Shown here piece by piece: positions 26,060 to 37,288 of a stretch of 64,000 bases of DNA (position 1 is its first letter; each line of letters opens with the position of its first letter). The notes under the pieces are model-generated. The model had not been told where the DNA came from and ran no database searches. It was given only the letters and a program-made list of their open reading frames with translations. The stretch comes from Guillardia theta CCMP2712 (Eukaryota; Protista; Cryptophyta). The position numbers and the translations under genes are program-made. The stretch lies in the NCBI RefSeq assembly GCF_000315625.1, contig NW_005434656.1, positions 417,741-481,740 of the forward strand, read 5' to 3'.

Positions 26060-26310
26060 AATCGGCCAATAATTTACTAGCACAATACCAGCACAATTGA
26101 AATCAAATCTAAACTTAGTGGCACAATACAGGCACAGTACCGGCACAATACTAGCACAATTGAAATCAGCCAGTAATTTACTGGCACAATTGACACACAA
26201 ACAGCATCAAACCTGGAGTAGATGGCACACTAGTTGAACAATACTGAGCACAATTGAAATCGGCTAGAAATTTACCAGGAAGTTTACAGTGAATTACTGG
26301 CACATTTCGC
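26060..26310 (+). repeat. AT-rich array of ~10 GCACA(A/G/C/T)T-core repeats, three extended as GCACAATTGAAATC
   Basis: Cores near 26080, 26091, 26121, 26132, 26143, 26154, 26184, 26225, 26248, 26300; several spaced 11 bp apart. Confidence 0.8.
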
Positions 26311-26369
26311 CTTCCCCTCTCTGACCTTTATAATGCCTTCTGCTCTCCCTCCTTACCAGAAACTGGGTA

Positions 26370-28583
26370 ATGTCCACGCAAAGGGTGAACGTAACTCGGT
26401 TGAAGAAACTGGCTGCGCAGTTCCTCGATCAAGTCTTCGATGACCAGTTTGCCAAGCTGTCCTACAACGATATGAGATTGAAGATTGGCCAAAGTGAGTT
26501 GGCTTGGTCTTGGCACACCTTGCTCCCCTGCCTGGTGCGAACTGTTCGCGACATCCGAACCAAATTTGGGCTCCCATTTCCAGGTGATTACACACTCTTC
26601 GAGACTTACAACTTTGCCACGGACAGCATGCGAGTGTTTCTGATACACTACCACCCCGACAAGACATTTGGATCGAACTCCGTGCTCGAACGCGATGTCA
26701 TAGAGAAGGCCAACATTGTCTTTTCCAAGTTGCAGGATCTACACCTTCAGACAAAGCAAAGATTCAATATGCGAAACCACTACAATTGGTGGGATATTCT
26801 ACAGTCTCTACTGGATTTCAATGCGACATCCTGTCTGCACAGGACCAAGACCGACGAGTCTCGCTCCGAAAGGCTAAAACGTCAACTGGAGTACGAATAT
26901 CAGATTGACGCACTGTGGCCACACAACAATCCAGACTTGAAGATGAGGAAGATGGATCTTGACAAGAAACGTTTGTTCACACGGAAGGAATACATGTTTC
27001 TCAATGGATACAGAAAAATGCAGATTTTGGACTTAGAACTGAAGAGCAAAGGATTCAACGTGGAACAAGACGAGGATAAGCTTCCAGTCGAGTCAGAACG
27101 CAACACATCCGCTTGCCTGCTTCCTGAGGAATATTGCCCGCTTGCCACCAAGGACCAGCTGGCCTACGAGGTGTTTTTGAATCCAAAAGTTGTGTACAAG
27201 GGATGGAACATGAACGAGCCCTGTCACCTCTTCCGTAAGATCCGCGACATGAAGGATACACTCTGCATTGACAACATTCGGAAGGAATGGAATTACAACC
27301 CCAGAACACTCGAAGAGACCAAGGGTGTGATCCGTTACATTCTGGACATTATTCCTGCATTCTTGTTCAAGGATGAACAAAATCCAGTGATTACAATGTT
27401 TGATACCAAGGATGATGCGAAGTTCGAGGATCAGCTGCAAAACGTCGAAACCATGATTCTGTTTGTTCGTGAGACCATGGCCCTGCTTATCAAGTGCGCT
27501 AGCCTTCATCAAGGGCCTCAGACCACTTGTACCCACCAGAGATGTGGCCGCAAGAAGCTTTCCAACATACGGCAATCAGATCCGAACGAGAACAACTGGG
27601 ACAGAGTGAAACTCCAAGAGATCCAAGAGAAGTGGAACGTCATGAAGAATAGGTTGAGAACCATGACCTCTGACAATGGATTGGAAGTGATTGCCGATGC
27701 CCTCGCATTGGTGCTGGCCTCAGTGCATGACTGCAACGAGATCAAGTTGAACTTCAAGATGTTGGACATCAACATGAAGATCTTTCACGGAACCCCAATA
27801 TTCATCCGCCATCATTTCCACAAGGACCTTCATCAGGACCCATCTCGTGTGGACAGTATGTGTGACTGGATCAAAATCTCTCTTGACTCCCTGCTTGCTG
27901 GCGATGCAACTATCAAGGACAGGCTATTATCTGGTGAGTGCAAGGCGTATGATCTGGTCATGAATGCTTGCATGATGCAATTGATCACCCGCGAGGATTA
28001 TCCTACCAGTACGAATCTACCCTTCATGATGCGATACGACAAGATGCGACTTCGCCAATTCAGGTTGGAGTTTCGAATGGACTGTCTGAGTGTCTCTATG
28101 TTGGGCATTGCTTTGCAACGACTGAGCCGGATCCCCGTTGATTCATCGGATATTCAAGGCAAGCTTATCCAATTCTTCAACAACTACCGTCTGTCCATAG
28201 AGGCTGATACGGCCTTTCCCGAATTCGAGACCAAACAGTACTCCTACGACTTTGTCATTGATTCCCTTCGACGTCACCTCATAGAAGAGGACAAGAACTG
28301 GCTCGCCACCGCGCTATCAGTCGAAGACCCCATCGCTGAACTTTTTGCCTTTCCTGACATACTATGGAATGCCTCCATCATCTCGGTAACCAAGAAATGG
28401 ATGGACATTCTAGCAATGGAACAGCCTCCGGCTTTTGATATCAACTCGGTGCAACGCTTTCCGGTCAAGCAGGTTTACCGTCGCATTTTTCTCAACGCGT
28501 GCTTGTTCCGCAAACTTCTCCATGCCAAGAAGAAACTCTTTAACGGTCCTTTCCGCCGGACCCTTGTTCGGAAGGTTTTGTAG
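26370..28583 (+). CDS. Intronless 737-aa protein: J-domain-like HPD segment plus T-complex-11 (TCP11)-like region; possibly virus-derived
   Basis: Single uninterrupted ORF, lower GC than neighbours; FLIHYHPDK...EKANIVFSKLQD; DQLAYEVFLNP, IRHHFHKDL...SMCDWIK and LPFMMRYDKMRLRQFR resemble TCP11 blocks. Confidence 0.7.
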   Translation: MSTQRVNVTRLKKLAAQFLDQVFDDQFAKLSYNDMRLKIGQSELAWSWHTLLPCLVRTVRDIRTKFGLPFPGDYTLFETYNFATDSMRVFLIHYHPDKTFGSNSVLERDVIEKANIVFSKLQDLHLQTKQRFNMRNHYNWWDILQSLLDFNATSCLHRTKTDESRSERLKRQLEYEYQIDALWPHNNPDLKMRKMDLDKKRLFTRKEYMFLNGYRKMQILDLELKSKGFNVEQDEDKLPVESERNTSACLLPEEYCPLATKDQLAYEVFLNPKVVYKGWNMNEPCHLFRKIRDMKDTLCIDNIRKEWNYNPRTLEETKGVIRYILDIIPAFLFKDEQNPVITMFDTKDDAKFEDQLQNVETMILFVRETMALLIKCASLHQGPQTTCTHQRCGRKKLSNIRQSDPNENNWDRVKLQEIQEKWNVMKNRLRTMTSDNGLEVIADALALVLASVHDCNEIKLNFKMLDINMKIFHGTPIFIRHHFHKDLHQDPSRVDSMCDWIKISLDSLLAGDATIKDRLLSGECKAYDLVMNACMMQLITREDYPTSTNLPFMMRYDKMRLRQFRLEFRMDCLSVSMLGIALQRLSRIPVDSSDIQGKLIQFFNNYRLSIEADTAFPEFETKQYSYDFVIDSLRRHLIEEDKNWLATALSVEDPIAELFAFPDILWNASIISVTKKWMDILAMEQPPAFDINSVQRFPVKQVYRRIFLNACLFRKLLHAKKKLFNGPFRRTLVRKVL

Positions 28584-28608
28584 ATGTCGTAATTTATCCA
28601 AAGGAAAT

Positions 28609-28627
28609 AATAAACGAGTCGTTTATT
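28609..28627. other. Palindromic hairpin AATAAACG-AGT-CGTTTATT, 25 nt after the stop of the 737-aa ORF
   Basis: Perfect 8-bp stem with 3-nt loop; contains AATAAA. Confidence 0.6.
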
Positions 28628-28682
28628 TCGATATGACAGAATCGTTCACAAGCAATGCCAGACAGAGACTGACCGATTGATT

Positions 28683-28839
28683 GGGACCACGAAGGGTACG
28701 GGGGGAGACTGTCTCATCTTAGAGGAGGCGGCATACTGCGAATGCGTGACCCCGCAACGGGAAGGTCGCTCTTTGCGACTAAAAGTGCATTGAGCTGGCC
28801 TGCCCTGCCTGCAAGGCCGACGGGAAGGCACACGAGCGC
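28683..28839 (+). pseudogene. Degenerate fragment resembling a viral DNA-packaging terminase ATPase (herpes/mirusvirus type)
   Basis: Three adjacent frames read GTTKGTGGDCLILEEAAYCE / MRDPATGRSLFATK / CIELACPACKADGKAHER. Confidence 0.55.
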
Positions 28840-28934
28840 CGGGTGTTTGAGGCAGCATGGCTTCACGCGCGTATGGTTCTACAGTATGATGAACTAGCCT
28901 AGCAGGTGTGAACAAAAAGTTTCAGTCGGAGCTT

Positions 28935-29007
28935 CGCCCGATGTGGGGCTCGAACCCACGACCACAAGGTTAAGAGCCTTGCGCTCTGCCGACTGAGCTA
29001 ACCGGGC
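28935..29007 (-). tRNA. tRNA-Lys (anticodon CTT)
   Basis: Reverse complement GCCCGGTTAGCTCAGTCGGCAGAGCGCAAGGCTCTTAACCTTGTGGTCGTGGGTTCGAGCCCCACATCGGGCG: 73-nt cloverleaf with A/B boxes; T5 Pol III terminator at 28914-28918. Confidence 0.97.
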
Positions 29008-29163
29008 ACGTGAAGTTGAGGTAAATGACTATTTTTATAGTCTATTGTTGGATTCAATTGTTGTGGTATGAGGGGCGCCATCGGTTTATATTGCAGGACT
29101 AGGCGGGTTTTTGACAATTTTATAGTTTATTGCAAGTTTAATGGACATGATTGAGTTTGAAAA

Positions 29164-31859
29164 ATGCAAGGAGCGAGGGGGGCAGGAGAGAGGGGAAGGA
29201 AGAGGAAGAAGAGAAGGATCAGGGAGCAGGAGGGGGATAGAAGAGGAATTCCAAGGAAGGGAAAGGTCATAGGATGGATCTTGCCAACTGTAACTGTCTC
29301 TGCAGAGCATGAATCTTGCAGGAAAGCTTCAACAAGCCCTGAGGAACTCAGCGGCCAAGAAGTCAAGGCTTGAGTCCTTGCGCAAAGAGCTGTAACGCGG
29401 CTCATCTCCTCTACCCGCTTCTCTGACTTGATCCTGAAGGCTTGCAATAGAAGCAAAGTCCAGCAAGAATGCAAGCTCTAGAACAACTGGCTCGGAAGGC
29501 GGCATTCCGCATATGCAAGCTCATGGAAACAAACTTGAGATCAGAGCTGAGGAGGAGCAGGTGGGAGCAGGTGAACTGTCAGGTGGGGATGAGGCAACAG
29601 ACGAGGCTGCTCCCCCGCATCTTCCACTGACATCTCAAGGCACTCGATTCTCGCCCTGTGCCGAATGTGAAATGAATCAGCAGGTGAGGAAATCCCACGG
29701 ACAAAGGAGGAGGAGGAGACTGTTCTAGGAGAGTACTCCCTCTACGCGGCTCCTTCCCATCAGCAGAGTTGCGATGCTGCCAGCAGCCTCAGGGAGCAGC
29801 CATGGCAGGAGGCGGCTGAGCGGCTCCATGAGTACGAGGAGATCATCGTGGACTTGCATGCTCGCATGCAGAACATGCTGCAAGTGGTGAGATGGGGGAG
29901 GGGGCAGAGGGAATCTCGTGATGCGATGCCTGTCAGGTACATACGGTAGCGCAAGAGTACCAGCAGGAGAGAGCGACTCTCGAGAAGGAGCTGAGCGAGC
30001 AGAGAGCGCGGCAGGAGGAGGAGGTTGGTCGTGCGTTGAGAAGCTTGCTTGACTTGATTGCTCTCTTCCCTGTTTGTGCTCTTCATCTCGCCCTTGTGAG
30101 TTTGCGATCAGCTCAGAGCTGCGCGAGAAGAATTGAGAGGCGCGCTGAGCAAAGTCGACGAGATGAAGTTGAAACAGCAAAATCGCGCGGTAAGGACGTG
30201 AGAAATGGTCTACCCACTGACAACTTGATTGCAGCACGCGGAAGAACAACTGCGAGTCGAACTTGCGGCAAGTCGGAGGGAGGAACAAGAAGTCTGTCGC
30301 TCTTGATGTCTGCAGGGCCTCCTGACATGTTGCACTCCAGGCGAGGGAGCTGTTGGATTACTTCAGAGACAAGTTCCTTGAGATGGGGGCAGGGAGTGCG
30401 AGAGCAGCTGCATCCTCTGAGTCGAGCTGCCTCCGACAAACTTCGTGTCGTTCGAGGAGCAAGCAGACTTCGCAGGAGGTCGAGCAACCCGTGCAGCTGT
30501 TTGCTCGCAGCCTTCACCCGATTGCTCACAGGATGTCCGAGCTCGAGAGCTGGAGGTGTTTGACCGATTGGTTGACCGTTGACAATTGAGAAGAGGCCGC
30601 AGGTTGCGATGCGAGGAGCTCGGCAAGGAGAACAGAACTCTGACGCGAAGACTTGTTTGCCTCGAGGAGGAGAACATGGACCTGAAGCATGTGAGAGCTC
30701 GCGTGAAGAGTGGGGATGGGAGCAGAAGAGGGAAGAGGAAGAGAGAAGGGAGGGGAGGGGAGGGGAGGGGAGGGGGGCAGAGTTTGGTTGTCTCGTCACG
30801 AAGTGGAGGAGAGCAAGTGATCTGAAGAGGTTCAGGCGAGGGCGACGATGAAGAAAGACTCGAGCAAGGTGCTGCGAACGAGTGAGGTCTGTCTGCAGGG
30901 GATGCAGGTGAGAGAGGGAGGAGGGAGGGAGTTGACCGACGCGACTCGCCAGCGGAAGCTTGCAGCTCAACGCCAGCAGCTGCGAGCGTATGAGATAAGA
31001 AGAAGAGAAGACGACAAGTACATCAGCAGACTAGAGAAGAAGGTGATAGAGGTAAGCAAAGGCCCCCCTGCTCTCCTTCTCTTCCTTCTGCTCTCTCTTC
31101 GCTTGATCGTTGAGCTAGTTGTACCATGCGGTTTCTTGGCCTTTCAGTATGATGGAAGCACCCGGAGACGAGCGTCCGCCAGATTTTCCCTCATCCCTCT
31201 CTCCTCGTCCTCTTCCTCCTCATACACAACAAGAAGATCATCCTGCTGACCTTCAAGAACCAACCGAACTCTCTCCTCCTCACCGCGAGCAGGCGCCTCA
31301 GCCGCACGACCAGCCGGAGCACCCGAAGGAGAGCAGCGGGCAGACGCCCAACGATGGCTGCAGCTTAGACGCCCTCACCGAGGAGGGGAGCAGCGAGAAG
31401 GGAGGGTCGACGGACCACTCCAGCTCTGCTCCTCCTCCCTCACGACCAGACCTGCGCGACGACTTGGTGCTGTCCTCTGACGGTCGAGGAGGAAGCGAGC
31501 GAGGGACAGGAGAAGTCGAGGACGAGACAGCGAGGGAACAAGAGGGACTAGACGGCGAGGAAGGAAGCGAGGAAACTGATGGAGGAGGAGGAGAGGAGGA
31601 GGGGAAGGGGGGAAAGACGGTCAAGGGAGAAGCATCTGACGGAGAGGAGGGAGGAGGAGATACTTCGAGCTCGTTCGAGGTCGAGCTCCAGGCAAGGAGG
31701 AGCAGAGGGAAGAGGGGAGAGGAGAGCAGCATCGCCCTGCCGCTGTACCCACAGGATCTGATGGTGATGCAGTTGCTGTCGCATCTTTCTTGTCTTGACA
31801 CGTCGCAGAGGATGACCCGGAAGATGAGGAGGAAACTCTTCGAGGAACATTTCAAGTGA
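29164..31859 (+). CDS. Hypothetical multi-exon coiled-coil protein with acidic C-terminus
   Basis: Successive E/K/R/Q-rich exons separated by short GT-AG introns; boundaries approximate. Confidence 0.5.
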
Positions 31860-32819
31860 AGGAGCTCTGAGATGCTCTTGTTTCATGTTTGTAAAGTCCT
31901 ATGTTGAACTTACCCTTCACCCTCCCTCCCTCCTCTCCCTCCCTCCCTCCCTCCCTCCTTTCCCGTTGTCTAAACAGCTTCGCCAGCTCTTGCGTCCCTT
32001 CTTTTATCTACATTCAATTCGATCCACCCTCCCTCACGCACTTGACCCCCTCCCGTCAGCTGTAGGGAGCTGGCGCGTTCATCCATAGGGGCAGCCGCTC
32101 CTGCAATGCTTGTAAGGCATCCCCCCCGCCTAGCAGGAGGAGGAGGGACCAGCTCTCGACCCTTGAGTGCGAGGGATCGCGGAGAGTTGAGGAGGAGGTC
32201 GACGTGAGACAGGCTGCATGCTGTCAGCTCCTGCCCTCCTCCTCCACACCACCACAACTACCTCCTGCTTCCCTCCCTTCCCCCCCTTCCCCTTCCCTGC
32301 ATTTTCCTTCTCCTTCTCCTCCTCCTATTCTCCCCTCACGAGTGTTACCGCGATGTGGAGGCAATCATCTTCGACTTTACCGTTAGCGTCTCCGCGTATT
32401 TCCTGCCCGAACTTTGAGCGATGAGAAGGGGGAAGAGGAGCAGGAGCAGAACAAGGGTGGAGGACAAGGGTGGGAGCATGAGCATGAGCATAAGGAGGAG
32501 CAGGACGAGGAGCAGGACAAGTAGCAGGGGGAGGAGGAGCAGGACAAGGACAAGAGTGGGGGTGAAGCGGGGAGAGCAGGAGGAGGAGGAGTCGCTACCG
32601 GAAAGCAAGGTTCTCTCGCTTCTGCCTGGGACTTGTCAACGTCGAGAGCTTCTGCGAGTCAAGTCTGACAAGAATCTCCAGCAGTCAGCTGCTGCTGCCA
32701 CACCTTCTCTTCTTCTCTTCTCCTCTCCTCCCGCAGCGCGTCCACTGTCACCCGCGTGAGCGAGCAAGCGGCCGGAGGAAGGCAGTCACCTATCTCTGCT
32801 GTGGTCTTGCGGGGCTTCT

Positions 32820-33570
32820 TCCCTTCAGCAGAGTGAGCGGCAAGAGGAGGGGAGAGACGCTGCTTCCTTCCTCTCACCTGCTGCTGCCTCTGAAACTCGT
32901 TCCGTTCTCACAAACCTGATGGCGTATGGAGGGACCACTCGCGAGTTTTCCATCCGGCGGGTCTGCCGGCATGTCAGGCGCCGCTCGCTACCCTCCAGCT
33001 CGTTACGTCGGGCATGGGGGAGAAGATCGCCCGCCAGGTCCGCTGCCTCCATCGACAATCAGTCTGTAAGGGGGTGAGCACTAGCGGGGCAGCAGAGCGA
33101 CATGCCGCCTCTGCGTCTTCTCTTCGCGTCGCCTGTAGGCTCGTGAGCTCGATACAGGTGATGGAGGAGGAGGGGACCTTGGACAAGTCCAGGTAGATTC
33201 CTCTAGTGCCAGCGTTGATGAACCTCAACTCGGCCTGCCCTTCTTCGTCGATTCTGCTCCATCTCTCAGCCAGGGCTCGCACTGACTTCCGACTGATTCA
33301 CCTCGCTTGTGCAGGATTCAAGGCGATGGTGCGCTGAGAGCAATGCATGTATGTCGCATCCTGTTGTAGGTTGAGAGTTTGCTGAAGACATCAAGGAGGG
33401 CAACGAACGGCATGGCATCCCTTCCAGATGTTCGACAGTGACTTCCTCTCTTCCTGGGTGAGAGTCAACCCATCACGAACCTCAGTCCCACTCGTCTGCG
33501 CTCCTCCCTCTCCTGCCCTCCCTCCTCCCTCTCCCTCCTCTGTCCCTCTCTTCCTGCCTCACCATTTCGC
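32820..33570 (-). CDS. Hypothetical spliced protein
   Basis: Exon-like segment RALAERWSRIDEEGQAELRFINAGTRGIYLDLSKV with plausible splice sites; structure uncertain. Confidence 0.3.
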
Positions 33571-34059
33571 CCATCCTGAATGATCAACGGCCTAACTTGT
33601 AACCGTCAGTCAAACTGCCGACACTGTTGACCCCCCGTCAAGGCCCTCTCCTCCACTGCTCTCCTGATTGTCCTCGTACTGATTTTTAACTTAACTTTGA
33701 GTTAGTGCAGTGCCGGCGCTGCGCGCCGGCGCGCCGGTCTGGGTCCAGGCTCGGAGTGGCAGTGGCCGGCCGGGCGCGGGCCACCGGGCCGCCCTGATCG
33801 ATACGTCGGACTCGATCCCGGCCACAGATATGTGACTGCACTGGCCCTCTGAGAACGGATGAAGGAGCAGGACCGCAAGTTCGCGCGGCCAGTGAGACTC
33901 GTCCCTTGAAGGCTACAACTTGTGAGTGCCTTCAGTCTCATTTATTACTCATTCGATTTCAAGTTTCACCCATGGAATGAGTCGAGCCAACGGGCACGAA
34001 TAGTTCGCACGTCCCTCTCAGTCTATCTAGAATAACACACAGCAAAAGAATAACAAGAC

Positions 34060-35010
34060 GGCGCTGAAGAGAAAACCCTCGATCCCCACCACCACCGTCA
34101 GTCAGATTCTGCCTTCCTTCCTGCAGCTTCGCTCACTTTCCTCCAGGTTCGCCGAGCTTGAAGACTTTCTTGACCTGGTCGAGGCTCATCAGACGACAGA
34201 CGATCATGATTGACGTGCTCACCACTGGGACATCTCGGAGGCACCCGATGACGAGGAGAGAGGCGAGGAGGAAGAGAATCAGCAGGATCACAGTGAGCCG
34301 CCAGTAGGTGTCGTAGTCCACGCACGTCGCCGAGACCTCATCGCAAGAGCCGATAGGCTGACAGCATGTCAAACAGACTGGAGAGAGGAGAGGAGAGGAG
34401 GAGAGGAGAGGAGAGGAGAGGAGAGGAGAGGAGAGGAGAGGAGAGTAGAGGAGAGGAGAGGAGAGGAGAGGAGAGGAGAGGAGAGGAGAGGAGAGGAGAG
34501 GAGAGGAGAGGAGAGGAGAGGAGAGGAGAGGAGAGGAGAGGAGAGGAGAGGAGAGGAGAGGAGAGGAGAGGAGAGGAGAGGAGAGGAGAGGAGAGGAGAG
34601 GAGAGGAGAGGAGAGGAGAGGAGAGGAGAGGAGAGGAGAGGAGAGGAGAGGAGAGGAGAGGAGAGGATTTCACCTTCTTGATGTGTTCAAAGCAAAGTGA
34701 CTTGGTACAAAACGAGCAACCAGGCACGCGAAAGGTTCCATTCCATTCCTCGCTGTTCGGTCTATCAATACATATTCCGCTATAGCAGCACTGACAAGTA
34801 CAGATGTTGTACGCCTGCAGCCAAACATTACTTTGAATGTGACCGCACTTCAGTGTACCTCAACAGGCGGTGGGGCAGAAGCATACAGAACTATCTTGAG
34901 AACAAGCATGACCATTCCAGCGCTGAGCAACGACCGCAAGTTTGATTGCCCGACCCTCGCCTTCGTTCTCACTTGCTTGTTGTTTGCCATGGTGTCTCCC
35001 TGCATCATGG
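34060..35010 (-). CDS. Small Cys-rich membrane protein, hypothetical
   Basis: Exons CIDRPNSEEWNGTFRVPGCSFCTKSLCFEH / GSCDEVSATCVDYDTYW plus TM segment LTVILLILFLLASLLVIG; boundaries approximate. Confidence 0.5.
34380..34667 (+). repeat. (GAGAG)n pentamer microsatellite, intronic
   Basis: ~290 bp of near-perfect gagag repeats. Confidence 0.95.
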
Positions 35011-35323
35011 GAACGTCAATGATCTCAATTTCTACTCTTTCTCCCCACCACCATTTCCCTCAAGCATCTGCAGCTTCCTCATTTCTTCGTAATCACCTCT
35101 CGCTCTCTTTCTCTTCACTTTATCACAATCACCGTCTACAATCTGATCTTGCTCTTCTCTCTCTACTCTCTTTGCTCCCTCTCTCCCGCGTAACCTGTCT
35201 GCGCTTTCTTTCCTCCACATTTCTTCACTGACGGTCATTTCGGACAGCGTGACATCTACCGTCAACATGCTCTTTCATCTGCTTGCGTATCCTCGTCTCT
35301 ACTCTGTTAGAAATATCTCCTAT

Positions 35324-35374
<51 letters not shown>

Positions 35375-35522
35375 CCTCCTCCTCCTCCTCCTCCACCCCC
35401 TCCCCCTCCCCCTCCCCCTCCCTCATCTTTCTAAAAGCATAGCGTGATTCGTCACGGAGGTTTCAATCCGTTTCAAACCGTTTCAAATCTGTTGCGACCG
35501 TTGGTACCTAACGAAGGAAAAA

Positions 35523-36672
35523 ATGAGAGCGGTAGCGAATCCATGCGAGCTGGTACGGAGCAGCACGCGGCTGGTATGCTCCCGAGCAGCGCACGTTTCC
35601 CTGCACAAGGTTCGCTCTCTCTGCTCTGCTTCCTTTCTCCTCACTCCCGCAGGACAAGCTGCGCTCCATGGCCGACCGGCTTGCCCAGGACAACAGGAAG
35701 CGACTCGCTTCGAACCCAAGGGAGGAGGATGGGGTGGGATGGGATGAGTTGAACGTTCACTTTGTGAGGACACGTGTTTCTCCGAGAGGATGATGGAAGT
35801 TACCATGTCTCAAGGTGGGGAGGGAGGAGCTGATGATTCAGTACCTGCTCGTCCTCGACGGTTGTTCCCTTGCCTTTCTCTGTGCTCCTGTTCACAAGCA
35901 TATCAGCCATCAACTTTTGTTTCTGGCCGAGCGAGGGAGCATGGGAGTACTCAGACCTCTCCCTCTGCTTGAGGAGTGCTCTCCTCAAGGACGACAAGGC
36001 CTTCAGCGCCAGCAGACTAGCTGCCATGGTTAATGTTTCCCGATCTGCTCTCCTCTCACACCCCCATGCTGCCCTCAGACCGAAGAGAGCTTTCAAGTAC
36101 TGCTGGATGGTCGGACGATGCCGCTGATGAAGGAGAGGACGCGGCTGCTGCGGGAGGTGGGAGAGGGGCTGCAGCAGTATGACGGGGAGGCGGCGAACCT
36201 GGTCAAGTCGGCAGGGAAGAGCGCTACTGTGCTGATCAGCAAGGTACTGGACCTGTTCCCTGGCTTCAGAGATCAGACGAAGTACAAGGAGGAGGAGGTG
36301 AGGGTTCTTGAGCTTCGGGGGAGGGGGATGAGGAGCCTCGCAGGTGTTCTTCTACAAGAGAGCTCAGATCTTCGTAGGGGACGTGTGGGGGTGAAGGGCA
36401 GAAGCGAGTTTTGCCTCCTCCTGACAAGATGCCGCAGGTCACTGAGAGGAAGGGGCCTCGGGGAATTTGACGACATCTCCTCCCTCACCATGTTCGCCGA
36501 CTACCGCGTGCCGCAGCTCCTTCATGTAAGAGCCATCCTTCCTCCCTCCTCCCTCCTCCCTCCTCCCTCCGTTCTTCTCCTTCATCTTCCTCCTCTCTTC
36601 CTCTTGGTCGTCATCCTCGTCTTCTTCCTCCTCCTTGTCCCTGTCTCGCCCTCGTCCCCATCCTCGTCCCCA

Positions 36673-36712
<40 letters not shown>

Positions 36713-37173
36713 TGTATTTTTCTCATCGCAAGATGGTCTAGGCGGAAGGAGTCTTGTCCTACTCAGATGCACTGGTGGCAAAGATATCGGCAGGACAGAT
36801 CATTGAAGCCGGGTACGGGCGAGGAGGAGGAGGAGGAGGGGAAGTGGGGGAGGAGGAGGCAGGGGGAGGAGGAGGGGCAAGGTGGGCACGAGGGGATCGC
36901 GGGAGAGGACTGGAGATGATTGGCCTGTTCAGCTCAGAGGAGGAAGTGGAGTTGCGCGCGTGGTCAGTTCAGGCAGTCGAGCAGCTGGCGCAGATGCTGC
37001 GGGAGGACCATGGCTTGCCGCACGTGCGGAGCATCCAGGTAGCTGCAGACGCCTGCGGGTGCGGGGGGATGACGTCGAGCGAGGTGGACTGGATCCTGTG
37101 GGAAGAAGGAGAGCAGAAGCATATCGAGAAGCTGATCGCTCCTCATCACCGCACGTGGACGACCTTCTACTGA
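35523..37173 (+). CDS. QNG1: Queuosine salvage protein (queuosine 5'-phosphate N-glycosylase, DUF2419/C9orf64 family), multi-exon
   Basis: YLLVLD/AINFCFW, ERTRLLREVG, FPGFRD, FFYKRAQIFVGDVW, LTMFADYRVPQLL, EEVELRA, VDWILW, PHHRTWTTFY*. Confidence 0.92.
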
Positions 37174-37288
37174 TCCTCCTCCTCCTCCTCCTCCTCCTCC
37201 TCCCCCCCTCCCCCCCCACCTGACTTGCCCTTGCCCCCCCTCCTCCTTCCTCTTCTGCCAAATGTTCTCTCCCTCTCTGTCTCTCGCC

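Noticed and set aside
26060-26310. CRISPR-like array
   Set aside because: Repeats are short, degenerate and irregularly spaced with no unique constant-length spacers; eukaryotic context; no cas genes
34338-34785. SSPLL / RRGEE repeat ORFs
   Set aside because: Translations of the (GAGAG)n microsatellite
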